Part shown: piece by piece, positions 42,122 to 52,004 of the stretch
How the letters are laid out: every line of letters begins with the position of its first letter
How positions within the stretch are numbered: position 1 is the first letter of the stretch
Source: Spirochaetia bacterium
Lineage (GTDB): Bacteria > Spirochaetota > Spirochaetia > SZUA-6 > Bin103
DNA: 64,000 nt
Direction of reading: 5' to 3'
Assembly: GCA_965203905.1 (NCBI GenBank)
Contig: CBDBDQ010000005.1
Coordinates: 7,616,001 to 7,680,000, forward strand
Program-made: the position numbers and the translations under genes
Notes under the pieces: model-generated
What the model was told of the DNA's origin: nothing
Seen by the model: the letters and a program-made list of their open reading frames with translations, nothing else
Databases searched by the model: none

Positions 42122-42634
42122 TCAGGCGGTGTTCACAGCGCTGCCGACCTCGTCGCGGACTCGCTCGGCAAGATCGGCCAGATCAAAATCCCCCCGCTGA
42201 ACCGCCGCCACGAGCAGCATCTTCACCCTCCGCCTGCTGAATCTGAGACACCACTCGCTTGCGATGGCGGCGGCAACGCGGCGTGCGACGTTGCCCAGGC
42301 GCACATAGTCGAGCCGTTGCAGATCGACGTGGCGGTTGCGCAACTCAGCTACCGGAGTGCGACCGTCCGTAGCTTCCCAACTCTGACCGTCCGCCGCGAA
42401 GTCCCCCTCCGCGATCCAGACAACATCCAGCTTGTCGATGCGGTTTCCGGCCGCTGCCATGGCAAGAGCGACACGTTCCACCTGGTTCTCAACGCCGCTG
42501 TCGCAACGCCAGAAAGAGAGAGCGTTACCGCTCGTGCGAAGATCCGCGGTTACCGCGTCCGCCCCGATTTCACCCCGTCCCAGCCCGGGGCCCTGCAACC
42601 ATTTGGCGCGGGTGATCTTGCGAGCCAGGAACAA
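42122..42634 (-). CDS. Hypothetical protein, candidate ART-like toxin
   Basis: LARKI…DAVTADLRTSGNALSFW…HVDL; TTG start 3 bp after upstream stop. Confidence 0.65.
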   Translation of the reverse strand: MFLARKITRAKWLQGPGLGRGEIGADAVTADLRTSGNALSFWRCDSGVENQVERVALAMAAAGNRIDKLDVVWIAEGDFAADGQSWEATDGRTPVAELRNRHVDLQRLDYVRLGNVARRVAAAIASEWCLRFSRRRVKMLLVAAVQRGDFDLADLAERVRDEVGSAVNTA

Positions 42635-42637
42635 GCC

Positions 42638-43261
42638 TCAAGCCCCCAGATCCTCAATCACTTCCCTGACGTAGCGGCTCAGCCACGGCTGGGTCTCGCG
42701 GTGTGATCGCAAGACTTGAACAAGGTCCTGGTCGCTCCACGATTCTGCGGCCTGTACCGCGGCGTCGCGAAGTTCCACAGCCGGGCTAGCGAGCGCAGCG
42801 CGGACTACTGCTGCGCGCCATGCAGAGGATCCGGGGCTCTGCAGACGCCCCAGACATCGTAGGGTAGACGCCGCGAAGCCGGGCCGCGTTGGGTCCGCGC
42901 ACAACTCACTGATCCGGCCGAGCGCGGACTGCTGGTCAGCGGTGCGCAAAGCATCTTCGAGAATGTGTTCGGCAGGATGTGTGATCCCATCTTCGACCGG
43001 CTCCACTTCGTATGCCCCGCTCAACAACGCATCGAGACGATCATGGAGGAGTTCCGGTACCGGCGGCTGTAGTCTGCGCCCCTGGGTCGCCGCTCCACCG
43101 GAGCGGACCCACTCGTCGATCTGCGACAACCTGAATTTCCACAGCCGGCCGACGCGGCGGGCCGGCAACTGCTTGTGCTTGATCCACCGATAGATGGAGT
43201 CCCTCGCAACGCTCAGGTGTTCGGCGACGGCTTCGACCGAGACCCAGGCTTCAGTAGACAA
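42638..43261 (-). CDS. Excisionase-type HTH (HTH_17) fused to a HEAT-like helical domain
   Basis: WVSVEAVAEHLSVARDSIYRWI…RVGRLWKF; ELRDAAVQAAESW; GAGGAG RBS before TTG 43261. Confidence 0.75.
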   Translation of the reverse strand: MSTEAWVSVEAVAEHLSVARDSIYRWIKHKQLPARRVGRLWKFRLSQIDEWVRSGGAATQGRRLQPPVPELLHDRLDALLSGAYEVEPVEDGITHPAEHILEDALRTADQQSALGRISELCADPTRPGFAASTLRCLGRLQSPGSSAWRAAVVRAALASPAVELRDAAVQAAESWSDQDLVQVLRSHRETQPWLSRYVREVIEDLGA

Positions 43262-43470
43262 CCGACCCTCCTCGTGACGCCATTGGCATGGCAACCCGAA
43301 GCATAGCCGATTCCCGTGGCGTAGTCCAGAGAGTCGTAAGTTGCAGGTGAATGTCGGCGATAGTCGCTTAAACTACCAACGCGTCCTGCACCTGTACGGA
43401 CGCTGCCATGACCAACGCTCGCAAGCGAGATGAATGCCTCCGGCGCCGCCTCCGGGTCGTAGCAGAATCC

Positions 43471-44724
43471 TTATGGATCAGTGGGATCGATCCAGACCCG
43501 GATGTGGGCGTTGGCGCGGAGCACCGAGGCGGGATCCTCCCTGGCGCTCTGGCGTGCCTCCTGGGCGCAGCGCGCGGCCGCGGCGGCGCGGTCCAGCACC
43601 GGCTGCTGCAGGGTGTCGTGCTCGTCGGGGCACACGTGACGCATCAGCGGCTGCAGGGCTGCCGGAAGGGCGCGGTATTCGGCTAGCGACAGCGGCTGGC
43701 AGACCTGGTTGACGTTGTAGGTGTCGCCGGGCGCGAAGTCGTCAACCGACAGCCACCACGGCGCCCACCGGTTCACCACGGCTACGCGGGTGTGCCTGGT
43801 GTTATGCATCGGCGAGGCGTGCCACGAGCGCGAGTCCTGGATGTACACCGACCCCGCCGGCGCCGAAACCTGCAACTCGCCGGGGATCGGCGCAACCACG
43901 GAAATGCCGTCGTCCGGACCGCGCGGGTTGCGCGTGTCGCGGTGCGACCCGGGTACCACCCAAGTGCCGCCCGATTCCGCGTCCACGTCGGTCAGGTACC
44001 AGATCATCACCAGGCACATGGTCACGTCGGGAAACGGCTGCCGCACGCAGCCGACGTTGTGGAGCGGGTCGCCGGCTCCATACGCACTCAGGTCATGCGG
44101 CCAGTCGGTGTGCCATCCGCGGAACTCCCTCCCGCGGGACTGCACGGGACCGAATCCGCCCAGCGTGCCGTCCGGCCGGTCGGACTCGATGATGCGCAGA
44201 TGCAGTTGGGCGATGCGCAGGTGGTCGTCCAGCACGCGCCTGGCCAACGCGGTCACCACCGGAGCGGCCAGATGCTGCGCGTAGAGCGGCATCCGCACGA
44301 GGTCGTTGGGCGGCTTGGGCGGATGTCCGGCGCGCCGCACCGGCCGCAATTCGACGCGCGGGGTCTCCGCGTCGATGTTCCCGGATTTCAGCTCCCGGAC
44401 GGCCGCGACATTGGCCTCGATGATCGGTTGCGCCGCCACCACCTCGTCGCGGACCGCGGCCACCTGAGCGGAGGGGATGACGTGGTCGATCACGGTGAAC
44501 CCGTAGCGGCGGATCGACTCGGCGCACCCGCTGACCACCTGTTCCACCGGCAGCGAGGCCGCATCGAAGGCATAGCCGCGGGTGCGCGCCAACTCCGCGC
44601 TGACCGCCTCGCTGTCGGCGCCGGCCTGCCCGATGAGGCGACGCGTCTCGCGCAGTTCCCGCTCGAGGCGCGCTTCCCTGCCGCGCAGCTCCGCGATGCT
44701 CGCACTATCTACGGTACTTGGCAT
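43471..44724 (-). CDS. PhyH family dioxygenase with N-terminal coiled coil
   Basis: GWHTDWPHD, GGTWVVPGSH, SWH…N…R; GGAGGA RBS before ATG 44724. Confidence 0.85.
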   Translation of the reverse strand: MPSTVDSASIAELRGREARLERELRETRRLIGQAGADSEAVSAELARTRGYAFDAASLPVEQVVSGCAESIRRYGFTVIDHVIPSAQVAAVRDEVVAAQPIIEANVAAVRELKSGNIDAETPRVELRPVRRAGHPPKPPNDLVRMPLYAQHLAAPVVTALARRVLDDHLRIAQLHLRIIESDRPDGTLGGFGPVQSRGREFRGWHTDWPHDLSAYGAGDPLHNVGCVRQPFPDVTMCLVMIWYLTDVDAESGGTWVVPGSHRDTRNPRGPDDGISVVAPIPGELQVSAPAGSVYIQDSRSWHASPMHNTRHTRVAVVNRWAPWWLSVDDFAPGDTYNVNQVCQPLSLAEYRALPAALQPLMRHVCPDEHDTLQQPVLDRAAAAARCAQEARQSAREDPASVLRANAHIRVWIDPTDP

Positions 44725-44859
44725 CAAAGAATCCTCCCTGTCCCGTTTGAACTGCGCAACATCTCGCCTCACCCCTGTCCAGCTACCAGCGCGATCCCAT
44801 GCTTGACTATCCGCCGCAGGTGCTCCTCCGCGAGGCAGTGACGAACGCGCGCTCCCGTT

Positions 44860-45175
44860 GTTGCGAAGGTCTGCCGTCACGGCGTCCGCGGCGATTTCCC
44901 GCAGACAGCTCCGAATGCCGCACCACTTGGCTCGGGGGATCTTGCAAGCCAGAAACAACGCTCAGGTCTGCAGGTCTCCGGTGACTTCCACGATGTAATC
45001 GGCAAGCCACGCCTCGGCCTCGCGATGAGCCCGCAGAACGTCGATAAGACTCGCCTCGAATGCCGCGCTTAGCGTCGTGGCGAGCCAGTCGCCGCAGAGA
45101 GACGATCCAGCTATTCTTCCGGAGCTTGTGCTGGGCCTCCCACACGCAGAAATCACTGAGGCCGACCGGGGTCGT
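44860..45175 (-). pseudogene. Mosaic remnant: AbiEi piece + HEAT C-terminus + ART-like N-terminus
   Basis: Diverged copies of 40241-40315, 42638-42720 and 42530-42634. Confidence 0.7.
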
Positions 45176-45213
45176 CGAGTCGCCATGTTGAGCAGTTGTC
45201 CACGCCTTGCATC

Positions 45214-45438
45214 CTACCGGTCGATTCCGCGTTTTTCCAAGTAGTTGCGCACGTGATCTTTCCATTCATCAGGAGCAGTATCTCCTGAATCAGACCACTC
45301 AATCGCCTTCAATACATCAGCGATCTCGAACAACTCCGTAGCCAACACACGTCGCAAAGGCTCTTCAGAACCCTCCAGAAACTCCTCCGCTATCATGCGA
45401 ACCTTGAAATAGGCATAGTCCATGCTGCCACCGCTCAT
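45214..45438 (-). CDS. Small phage-type hypothetical protein
   Basis: Low GC, GGAGG RBS; MSGGSMDY…IEWSDSGD. Confidence 0.65.
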   Translation of the reverse strand: MSGGSMDYAYFKVRMIAEEFLEGSEEPLRRVLATELFEIADVLKAIEWSDSGDTAPDEWKDHVRNYLEKRGIDR

Positions 45439-45520
45439 CTTTTCTCCTCCGGATCAACAGTCCGATGACCCGCGCGTCGCGACTCAGCGGATTCAGGGTC
45501 CTCATCATACATCCATTCCG

Positions 45521-45883
45521 TCACCGCAGGGCGAACACGCCACGCACCGTAACGGTGGTGATGCCGCTGCCGATGCTGATCGGGGTGTCGATCGATTCGG
45601 CTCTCAGCAGCGTGCCCGGGCCGGTCGTGCGGTAGGGGGCATCGGGCGGGACCACTCCGCCAGTACGTGGACGACCCGGTAGTCGGTCAGGCGCGCCACC
45701 CGCCCGTGTACCGATGTGAAGGACGGCTTTGTCGGGTACGGCCCCACGCCGCCTCGGCGGGACCACCCCGCTCCCGGTTCGGGGTTGGCCCAGGCTCGTG
45801 CCGCCCGTGTCTTGCACCTGCGGCGTCGTGCGGCACCCCGTAGTCACCAGAGCGGCCATCAGCACCGCGCCCGCAGCACGCAA
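45521..45883 (-). CDS. Putative lipoprotein with SIMPL-like C-terminus
   Basis: Lipobox-like VTTGC; ends TPISIGSGITTVTVRGVFAL. Confidence 0.4.
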   Translation of the reverse strand: MRAAGAVLMAALVTTGCRTTPQVQDTGGTSLGQPRTGSGVVPPRRRGAVPDKAVLHIGTRAGGAPDRLPGRPRTGGVVPPDAPYRTTGPGTLLRAESIDTPISIGSGITTVTVRGVFALR

Positions 45884-46039
45884 TCCGAAAGTGCGACGTT
45901 TCCCCGGTGCTCGGTGTTTGCCCGAGATTAGAGGTCGCGTGCCATCCTGATAGTCGCCTCCGGGCGGACCGGCAGCGTTCGTGGGCGATAGCCTTGACGC
46001 CTGCGGGCTCCCGTTTTACCTATCTGGACTGAGGCCCCT

Positions 46040-46363
46040 GTGCATCCACTTATCGAGACTACACCCGGAATCGCCGGTGGGAAGCCACGTATCGCGGGAC
46101 ATCGGATCACGGTAGAGGACATCGTGATATGGCACGAACATCAGGGGAAGAGCAGCGCTCGGATCGGGGATGAGTTCGACTTGACCCCTTCCGAGGTGCG
46201 CGCAGCGCTGGCCTACTACCGTGATCACCGCGCCGAGATAGATCACGCGATGGAACTCGGTCGACAGTACGTAGATGCATCCCGGAGCAGTAGTACGTCC
46301 AAGGTAGCTGCGAAGCTTCGCCAGCGGAAGCGAAGTGGCGAAGCCTCCAACCGCGGGGCATGA
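46040..46363 (+). CDS. DUF433 domain antitoxin-like protein (orphan)
   Basis: TPGIAGGKPRIAGHRITV…LTPSEVRAALAYY. Confidence 0.88.
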   Translation: MHPLIETTPGIAGGKPRIAGHRITVEDIVIWHEHQGKSSARIGDEFDLTPSEVRAALAYYRDHRAEIDHAMELGRQYVDASRSSSTSKVAAKLRQRKRSGEASNRGA

Positions 46364-46584
46364 ACAATGCGCGGCATCTGCTGACCATCAGCCGCCCGGC
46401 TGGTAACATCCAGCCCCGACAGCAGCCAGGCGACTCCTTCGCGACCAGAACCCCGCATCGACGCGGTCTTGACAATCCCGCGCAGCAGCTCGCCTGGAGA
46501 GGATGCAGCCGATGCCTGACCCGAACCTGCACGCCCGCGGGCGATGCCCGTCCGTCGTTTCGTCGCCCACCCCACGGAGTGACC

Positions 46585-48435
46585 GTGCCGCGTCGGTCTG
46601 ACTACCGCCACTCATACATCGCCACGGTGGAGGAAGCGCTCGCGCGGCTCTCGGTGGATCAGCTCAAGGCGCTGGTCCGGCTGCTGCCGAAGGCGCGCAG
46701 GCCGAGCCGCAAGGCCGAGCTGATAGCCGAGATCGAGCGCCACCTCGCCGGCGACCTGCTGCGCAGGCTCTGGGCGCGACTCGACGAAACGGAGCAGCTC
46801 GCGGTGCGCGAAGCCCTGCACGGCCCGGCGGGCGAATTCAGCCCGCAGCAGTTCCGCGCCAAGTACCGCCGCCTGCCTGCCGGCGCCGGCATCCATCGGT
46901 ACGACAGCGCCAAGGTGTCGCGGCTGAGCCTGTTCCTCTATCTTCCCGACCTCCGCAGTACCAAGTCCGTCATCCCAGGCGATCTGGCGAGTCGCCTGCG
47001 GGAGTTCGTGGCGGAAGCCGAGGCACCGACGCTGAGCGTTTGCGACGATCTTCCCGCCACGGTCGCGCTGCGCCACTGGCGGGGTTCCCGGGAAACCATC
47101 GAACAGGTACCGCTGGTTCTTCGCGACACCGAGCACACCGCGCGACACGAACTGCCGGCAGTGCTGCGCCTGATCGATGCCGGCAAGGTGGCCGTGAGCG
47201 CCAAGACGATGCGGCCCTCCGCGGCCGCGGTACGGCGCATCGGAGAGGTGCTCTCCGGCGGCGACTTCTTCTCCGCGCGGGACAGCGAGAGCGCTTTCCG
47301 ATCGCCCATGGTCGGCCCGATTCGAGCGCACGCGTGGCCGTGGCTGATGCAGGCCGGCAAGCTCGCCGAGCCGCACGGCACGAAGCTCGCGCTGACGCGT
47401 GCCGGGCTCGCCGCGTTCGGCGCGCCATCGGAGCAAACCCTGCGCCGGCTGTGGCAGCGCTGGCTCACCTCCACTCTGCTCGACGAGTTCAACCGCGTCG
47501 ACGTCATCAAGGGACAGGGCGGTCGCGGTCGCCGGTCCATGACGTCGGCTGCGGGGCGCCGGCCGGCGATCCGCGAGGCGCTGGCCGCGTGCCCGGTGGG
47601 GCGCTGGGTGAGCTGTGACGAGCTGGGACGCTTCATTCGCGCCGCCGGCCACGACTTCAGCGTGACCCGTGATCCCTGGAACCTCTATCTCTTCGATCCC
47701 GAGTACGGCAGCCTGGGCTACGACGGCTATCACGACTGGGAGTTCCTGGAAGGCCGCTACCTGCTGTGCGTGCTGTTCGAATATGCCGCCACTCTGGGCA
47801 TGATCGACGTGGCCTACACCGATCCGCACGGAGCGCGGCCGGACTTCACCCGATTGTCGGGCACGGACGACCTGGAGTTTCTGAGTCGCTACGACGGCCT
47901 GCACTCCGTTCGGCTCACCGCGCTCGGGGCGTACTGCCTCGGCTTGACGGAGAGCTACACACCGAGCACGGCGCAACCCGGCGCGTCGCTCACGGTGTTT
48001 CCCGATCTGCGCGTGCAGGTTACGGGCGCGCCGCTGACCGCGGCGGAGGCGCTGCTGCTGGAGAGCTACGCGAAGGCGGAGTCGGATGGCCTGTGGCGGC
48101 TCGATCACACCCGGACCGTTCGGGCCGTCGAAGGCGGTCATGAGGTAGCGGAACTGCGCGCGTTCCTCACCTCCCGCGACGACCAGGACCTGCCGGAGAC
48201 CGTGGAGGGATTCCTGCGCAACACGGAGCAACGGGCGCGTGCCCTGAAGCAGCAGGGCAACGCGCTGCTGATCGAGTGCGCCGACGCCGAGGTCGCCGCG
48301 CTGCTTGCCACGGACCGACGCACCGCCAAGCTCTGCCTGCGTGCCGGCGAGCGCAACCTGGTGGTGCCGGCCGGGTCCGAACGCGCGTTCCGCAACGCGA
48401 TCCACGCCCTGGGCTACGGCATGCCGCGCTCCTGA
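46585..48435 (+). CDS. Helicase-associated (Helicase_C_3, XPB-partner type) domain protein
   Basis: RKAELI, RLTALGAYCLG, LTVFPDL…WRLD…ELRAFL…LPETV; no Walker motifs. Confidence 0.7.
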   Translation: MPRRSDYRHSYIATVEEALARLSVDQLKALVRLLPKARRPSRKAELIAEIERHLAGDLLRRLWARLDETEQLAVREALHGPAGEFSPQQFRAKYRRLPAGAGIHRYDSAKVSRLSLFLYLPDLRSTKSVIPGDLASRLREFVAEAEAPTLSVCDDLPATVALRHWRGSRETIEQVPLVLRDTEHTARHELPAVLRLIDAGKVAVSAKTMRPSAAAVRRIGEVLSGGDFFSARDSESAFRSPMVGPIRAHAWPWLMQAGKLAEPHGTKLALTRAGLAAFGAPSEQTLRRLWQRWLTSTLLDEFNRVDVIKGQGGRGRRSMTSAAGRRPAIREALAACPVGRWVSCDELGRFIRAAGHDFSVTRDPWNLYLFDPEYGSLGYDGYHDWEFLEGRYLLCVLFEYAATLGMIDVAYTDPHGARPDFTRLSGTDDLEFLSRYDGLHSVRLTALGAYCLGLTESYTPSTAQPGASLTVFPDLRVQVTGAPLTAAEALLLESYAKAESDGLWRLDHTRTVRAVEGGHEVAELRAFLTSRDDQDLPETVEGFLRNTEQRARALKQQGNALLIECADAEVAALLATDRRTAKLCLRAGERNLVVPAGSERAFRNAIHALGYGMPRS

Positions 48436-48552
48436 CCCAACTCCCCGGCGGCGGCCTGCGTGGTAAGTTCAGACGACGGGCAAGTCCTGGGGCGATGTCC
48501 GGGTGACGCCGGTCCGTGCCGGCAGGGAGTCAATCCGGCAGGGGAGACATGT

Positions 48553-50202
48553 ATGGAGAAGAGCTTTGCCGTTAGCGCCGAGTATCTGGTGCTGCCGATC
48601 CGCAACGAGGGCGAAGAGGGCCGGCTCAGGCTCTCTGTCGAGGGTCGGATTGAGTTGGACTATGGCGTCAGCCTGGCGACGGGGCCCGAGGACGTGGACT
48701 GGTACGCGTTCTTCTCGCTCGAACGCTTCCGGGGTCAAGAGGCGCGGGTGTCGGCCTCCAACGTCACCGAGCGCGGCTTCGAGCTGGTGCGGCAGGCCGA
48801 CGCCATTCCCGGTGCCGAGGGCTTCTACCGGGAACGCCTGCGCCCGCAGTTCCACTTCACTTCGCGCACCGGCTGGTTGAACGATCCCAACGGCCTGATC
48901 TGGTACCGGGGCGAATACCACCTGTTCTACCAGCACAACCCGACCGGCCTGCCCTGGGGCAACATGACCTGGGGGCACGCGGTGAGCACCGACCTGGTGC
49001 GCTGGAACGAGTTGCCCAAGGTGCTGTTTCCCGATGCGGCGACCGGCACCTGCTTCTCGGGAGCGGCGTTCATCGACCACCGCAATCAGCTCGGCCGCAA
49101 GAGCGGCGAGGAGGAGGTAATCGTAGCCTTCTACCTGCGCACCGAGATCGGCCTGTGCCTGGCCTACTCAAACGACCGCGGCCGCACCTTCACCGACTAC
49201 GAGCACAACCCGGTGCTCAATCACGAGGGAGCGCGCATCGACACCCCGCGGCCTTTCTGGCACCAGCCGACCGGGTGCTGGGTCGCCCCCACCTACGACT
49301 TCTTCACCAACCAGCGCGGCGAGCTGCGCCGCTGCGTGGGATTCTACAGCTCCGAGAACCTCACCGACTGGCGCTTAGAGAGCCGGGTCGAGCAGGACGG
49401 CTGGGGCGACGAACTGTGCGGCTGCGTCGACTTCTTCCAGTTGCCGCTGGATCGGGACCCCGAGCACCTCAGGTGGGTGATGATTCTGATCGACGGCAGC
49501 TACATCGTCGGCGACTTCGACGGCCGCAGGTTCTGCACCCTGGCGGGCAAGCCGGCCGTGACCGACGACCGGATCAGATCGCTGGTGATCCAGGGCGAAT
49601 ACTACGCCACGATGACCTGGCACAACCTGCCCGACCTCCGCCGCGTCCAGGTCACCTGGATGAGAACGCCCGAACGCTATCCCGGCATGCCGTTCAACCA
49701 GCAGATGACCGTGCCGTCCGAGCTGTCCCTGCACACCACCGAAGATGGGCCCCGTCTGCGCATGCTGCCGGCGGCGGAACTCGCATCGCTGCGCAGCAAC
49801 AGCCATGAGTGGTCCGACGTGCTGCTGAACGAACGCGACAATCCCCTCGCCGCAATCGCCGCCGACCTGCTGGACCTGGAAACCGAATTCCGGGTGGTGG
49901 AAGGCACCGTGACCTGCGTCAAGCTCCGTGGATTCGACATCACCTACGACGCGGATGCCGAGACACTGTCCTCCTGCGGCACCGCCACTCACCTGCGCCC
50001 GATGGATGGCGTGGTGCGCCTGCGAATCCTGCTGGACCGCACTTCCATCGAGGTCTACGCCAACGACGGACGCGTCTACATCCCCCGCGTCGTGTTCCCG
50101 GATCACGACAATCGGTCCATCGGCATGACCTGCAGCAAGGGCACGACCACCGCAAACTACCTTCGAGTCCACGAGTTGAAGTCGAGCTGGGCGCAGGGCT
50201 GA
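48553..50202 (+). CDS. GH32-family protein with non-canonical catalytic motifs
   Basis: RPQFHF…WLNDPNG, YHLFYQHNP, WGHAVS, FSG, LDRTSIEVYANDG; RDP→DTP and EC→GC. Confidence 0.88.
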   Translation: MEKSFAVSAEYLVLPIRNEGEEGRLRLSVEGRIELDYGVSLATGPEDVDWYAFFSLERFRGQEARVSASNVTERGFELVRQADAIPGAEGFYRERLRPQFHFTSRTGWLNDPNGLIWYRGEYHLFYQHNPTGLPWGNMTWGHAVSTDLVRWNELPKVLFPDAATGTCFSGAAFIDHRNQLGRKSGEEEVIVAFYLRTEIGLCLAYSNDRGRTFTDYEHNPVLNHEGARIDTPRPFWHQPTGCWVAPTYDFFTNQRGELRRCVGFYSSENLTDWRLESRVEQDGWGDELCGCVDFFQLPLDRDPEHLRWVMILIDGSYIVGDFDGRRFCTLAGKPAVTDDRIRSLVIQGEYYATMTWHNLPDLRRVQVTWMRTPERYPGMPFNQQMTVPSELSLHTTEDGPRLRMLPAAELASLRSNSHEWSDVLLNERDNPLAAIAADLLDLETEFRVVEGTVTCVKLRGFDITYDADAETLSSCGTATHLRPMDGVVRLRILLDRTSIEVYANDGRVYIPRVVFPDHDNRSIGMTCSKGTTTANYLRVHELKSSWAQG

Positions 50203-50314
50203 CTGATCCGAAATGGCGGCCACCGGACACTGGCCGATGCGTCGTTTCCGTGCCGACTCAGCCCTCGCAGGCGCGGATGACAGCAGCGTCATGCTCTGCG
50301 ACAATGCGCCCATC

Positions 50315-51417
50315 GTGACCGCGCGCACGTTCAACACCGAGGGGCCCGTTGTGGCTGCGGACCACTACCACATCCCGCCGCTGGAGCGGATCGATCTCGA
50401 CGAGGTGCTCGGCCTCGTGCGGGGCAAGAAGTACTTCGTGCTGCACGCGCCGCGGCAGACCGGCAAGACCTCGGCGCTGCTGACGTTGCGCGACCTGCTG
50501 AACGGCGGGCAGATGGGCGACTTCCGTTGCGTGTACGCCAACGTCGAGGATGGCCAGGCGATGCGGGAGAACGTGGCCGAGGGCATGCGCACCGTGCTTG
50601 CCGAACTCGGGTTCCAGGCCAGCCTGACGCTGGGCGATGACACCCTCGAGGACCTCTGGCCCGGGCTGCTGGATCGGGTGGGGCCGGGCAAGGCACTGCG
50701 ACAGGCGCTGGCGCGCTGGAGCATGGCCGATCCCCGGCCGCTGGTGCTGCTGATCGATGAGATCGACGCACTGGTGGGCTGACCGGCGCTGTTGAGAGCG
50801 CGTGCTCGGACGAGGACCTGGCTTACGCGCGCGACCTGGGGCTGGTGGCACAATCCGACGGCGGGCCACCCCGCATCGCCAACCCGATTTACGCCGAGGT
50901 GGTGCCGCGGCATCTGAACTACGCGGTGCAGGAGACGCTGCCGCAACGGATGACGTGGTACGTGGACGCGGACGGCGGGCTCGACGTGGACGGACTGATT
51001 GCGGCATTCCAGGAGTTCTTCCGCGAGCACTCGGAGCACTGGGTGCAACGGTTCGAGCGGTACCACGAAGCAGGCCCGCAGTTGCTGCTGCAGGCGCACC
51101 TGCAGCGCATCGTGAACGGCGGCGGACGCATCGAGCGAGAGTACGCGCTGGGGCGCGGGCGCACCGACCTGCTGATCGTGTGGCCTCAGGGCGGGCGCGA
51201 GCGCCGCTTCGTGGTGGAGTGCAAGGTGCTGCGCAAGGACCTGGAGCGGACCATCGCCGAGGGGGTGGAGCAGACCCGGGGCTACATGGACCGCTGCGGG
51301 GCGGAGGCGGGCCACCTAGTCGTGTTCGACCGCGCGCCGGACCGAACCTGGGCGCAGAAGATCTTCCGCCGCACGCCGTCGGGAGCCGGCGCACCGGTCA
51401 CGGCCTGGGGGATGTAG
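50315..51417 (+). pseudogene. AAA-like ATPase–PD-(D/E)XK nuclease, central part deleted
   Basis: FNTEGP, APRQTGKTS, IDEID then stop; resumes DLGL…IANPIY…EREYALGRGRTDL…VECK. Confidence 0.82.
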
Positions 51418-51545
51418 CGCCAAGGACCGTGCGCGGTCCGGCGACCGTGCGCCAGCGAACACTCGTGCGGTCTCCCATTACGCAGCCCCGCGGTTGATGA
51501 ACCGCAGGTGGATGATTAGTCTGCGCACGCGCAGGAGGTGCCATC

Positions 51546-52004
51546 GTGGCAGACGCAAAGCCCGCCGTTCATTTCTTCCAGGGAGTAGCCGGGATTCTGA
51601 CAGCGCTCACCGTGCTCGCCACCGTGATCTTCACGCTGCTCGGCGTGTTCGGCGTGGTCGACATGGGGGCCTTCCGGAATCAGGGATCCGCGCTCGCGTA
51701 CGTGGTCGCGATCGGGGCGTTCGCACTGAGTCCGCTGGTCGCGGTCGGCATCGTCGCCGTGGGTCTGTTCAACGCGATCGGCATCGTTGCCATCGGTGCG
51801 GGGTCCGCGCGCGGCATCATTGCGATCAGCGGGGACGACGCGAGCGGCATCATTGCGATCAGCGCCGGTGGACGGGCGTCGGGCCTCCTCTTCGCCGTCG
51901 GCGAGGAAGCGCGGGGCATGGTCACCGTGGCCTACTCGGGCCGCAAGGCGACGCCGTTCGGGCGCTGGCCGCGCTGGCCGGGCAACGACGCCCCCACCGA
52001 CTGA
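51546..52004 (+). CDS. Membrane protein with GIxAxG repeats
   Basis: GGAGG RBS; hydrophobic; repeated AxGIxAxG units, partly repeated in DNA (51810-51865). Confidence 0.7.
   Translation: MADAKPAVHFFQGVAGILTALTVLATVIFTLLGVFGVVDMGAFRNQGSALAYVVAIGAFALSPLVAVGIVAVGLFNAIGIVAIGAGSARGIIAISGDDASGIIAISAGGRASGLLFAVGEEARGMVTVAYSGRKATPFGRWPRWPGNDAPTD

Noticed and set aside
42638-43261. MADS system or prophage excisionase
   Set aside because: No methyltransferase, other mad genes or integrase nearby
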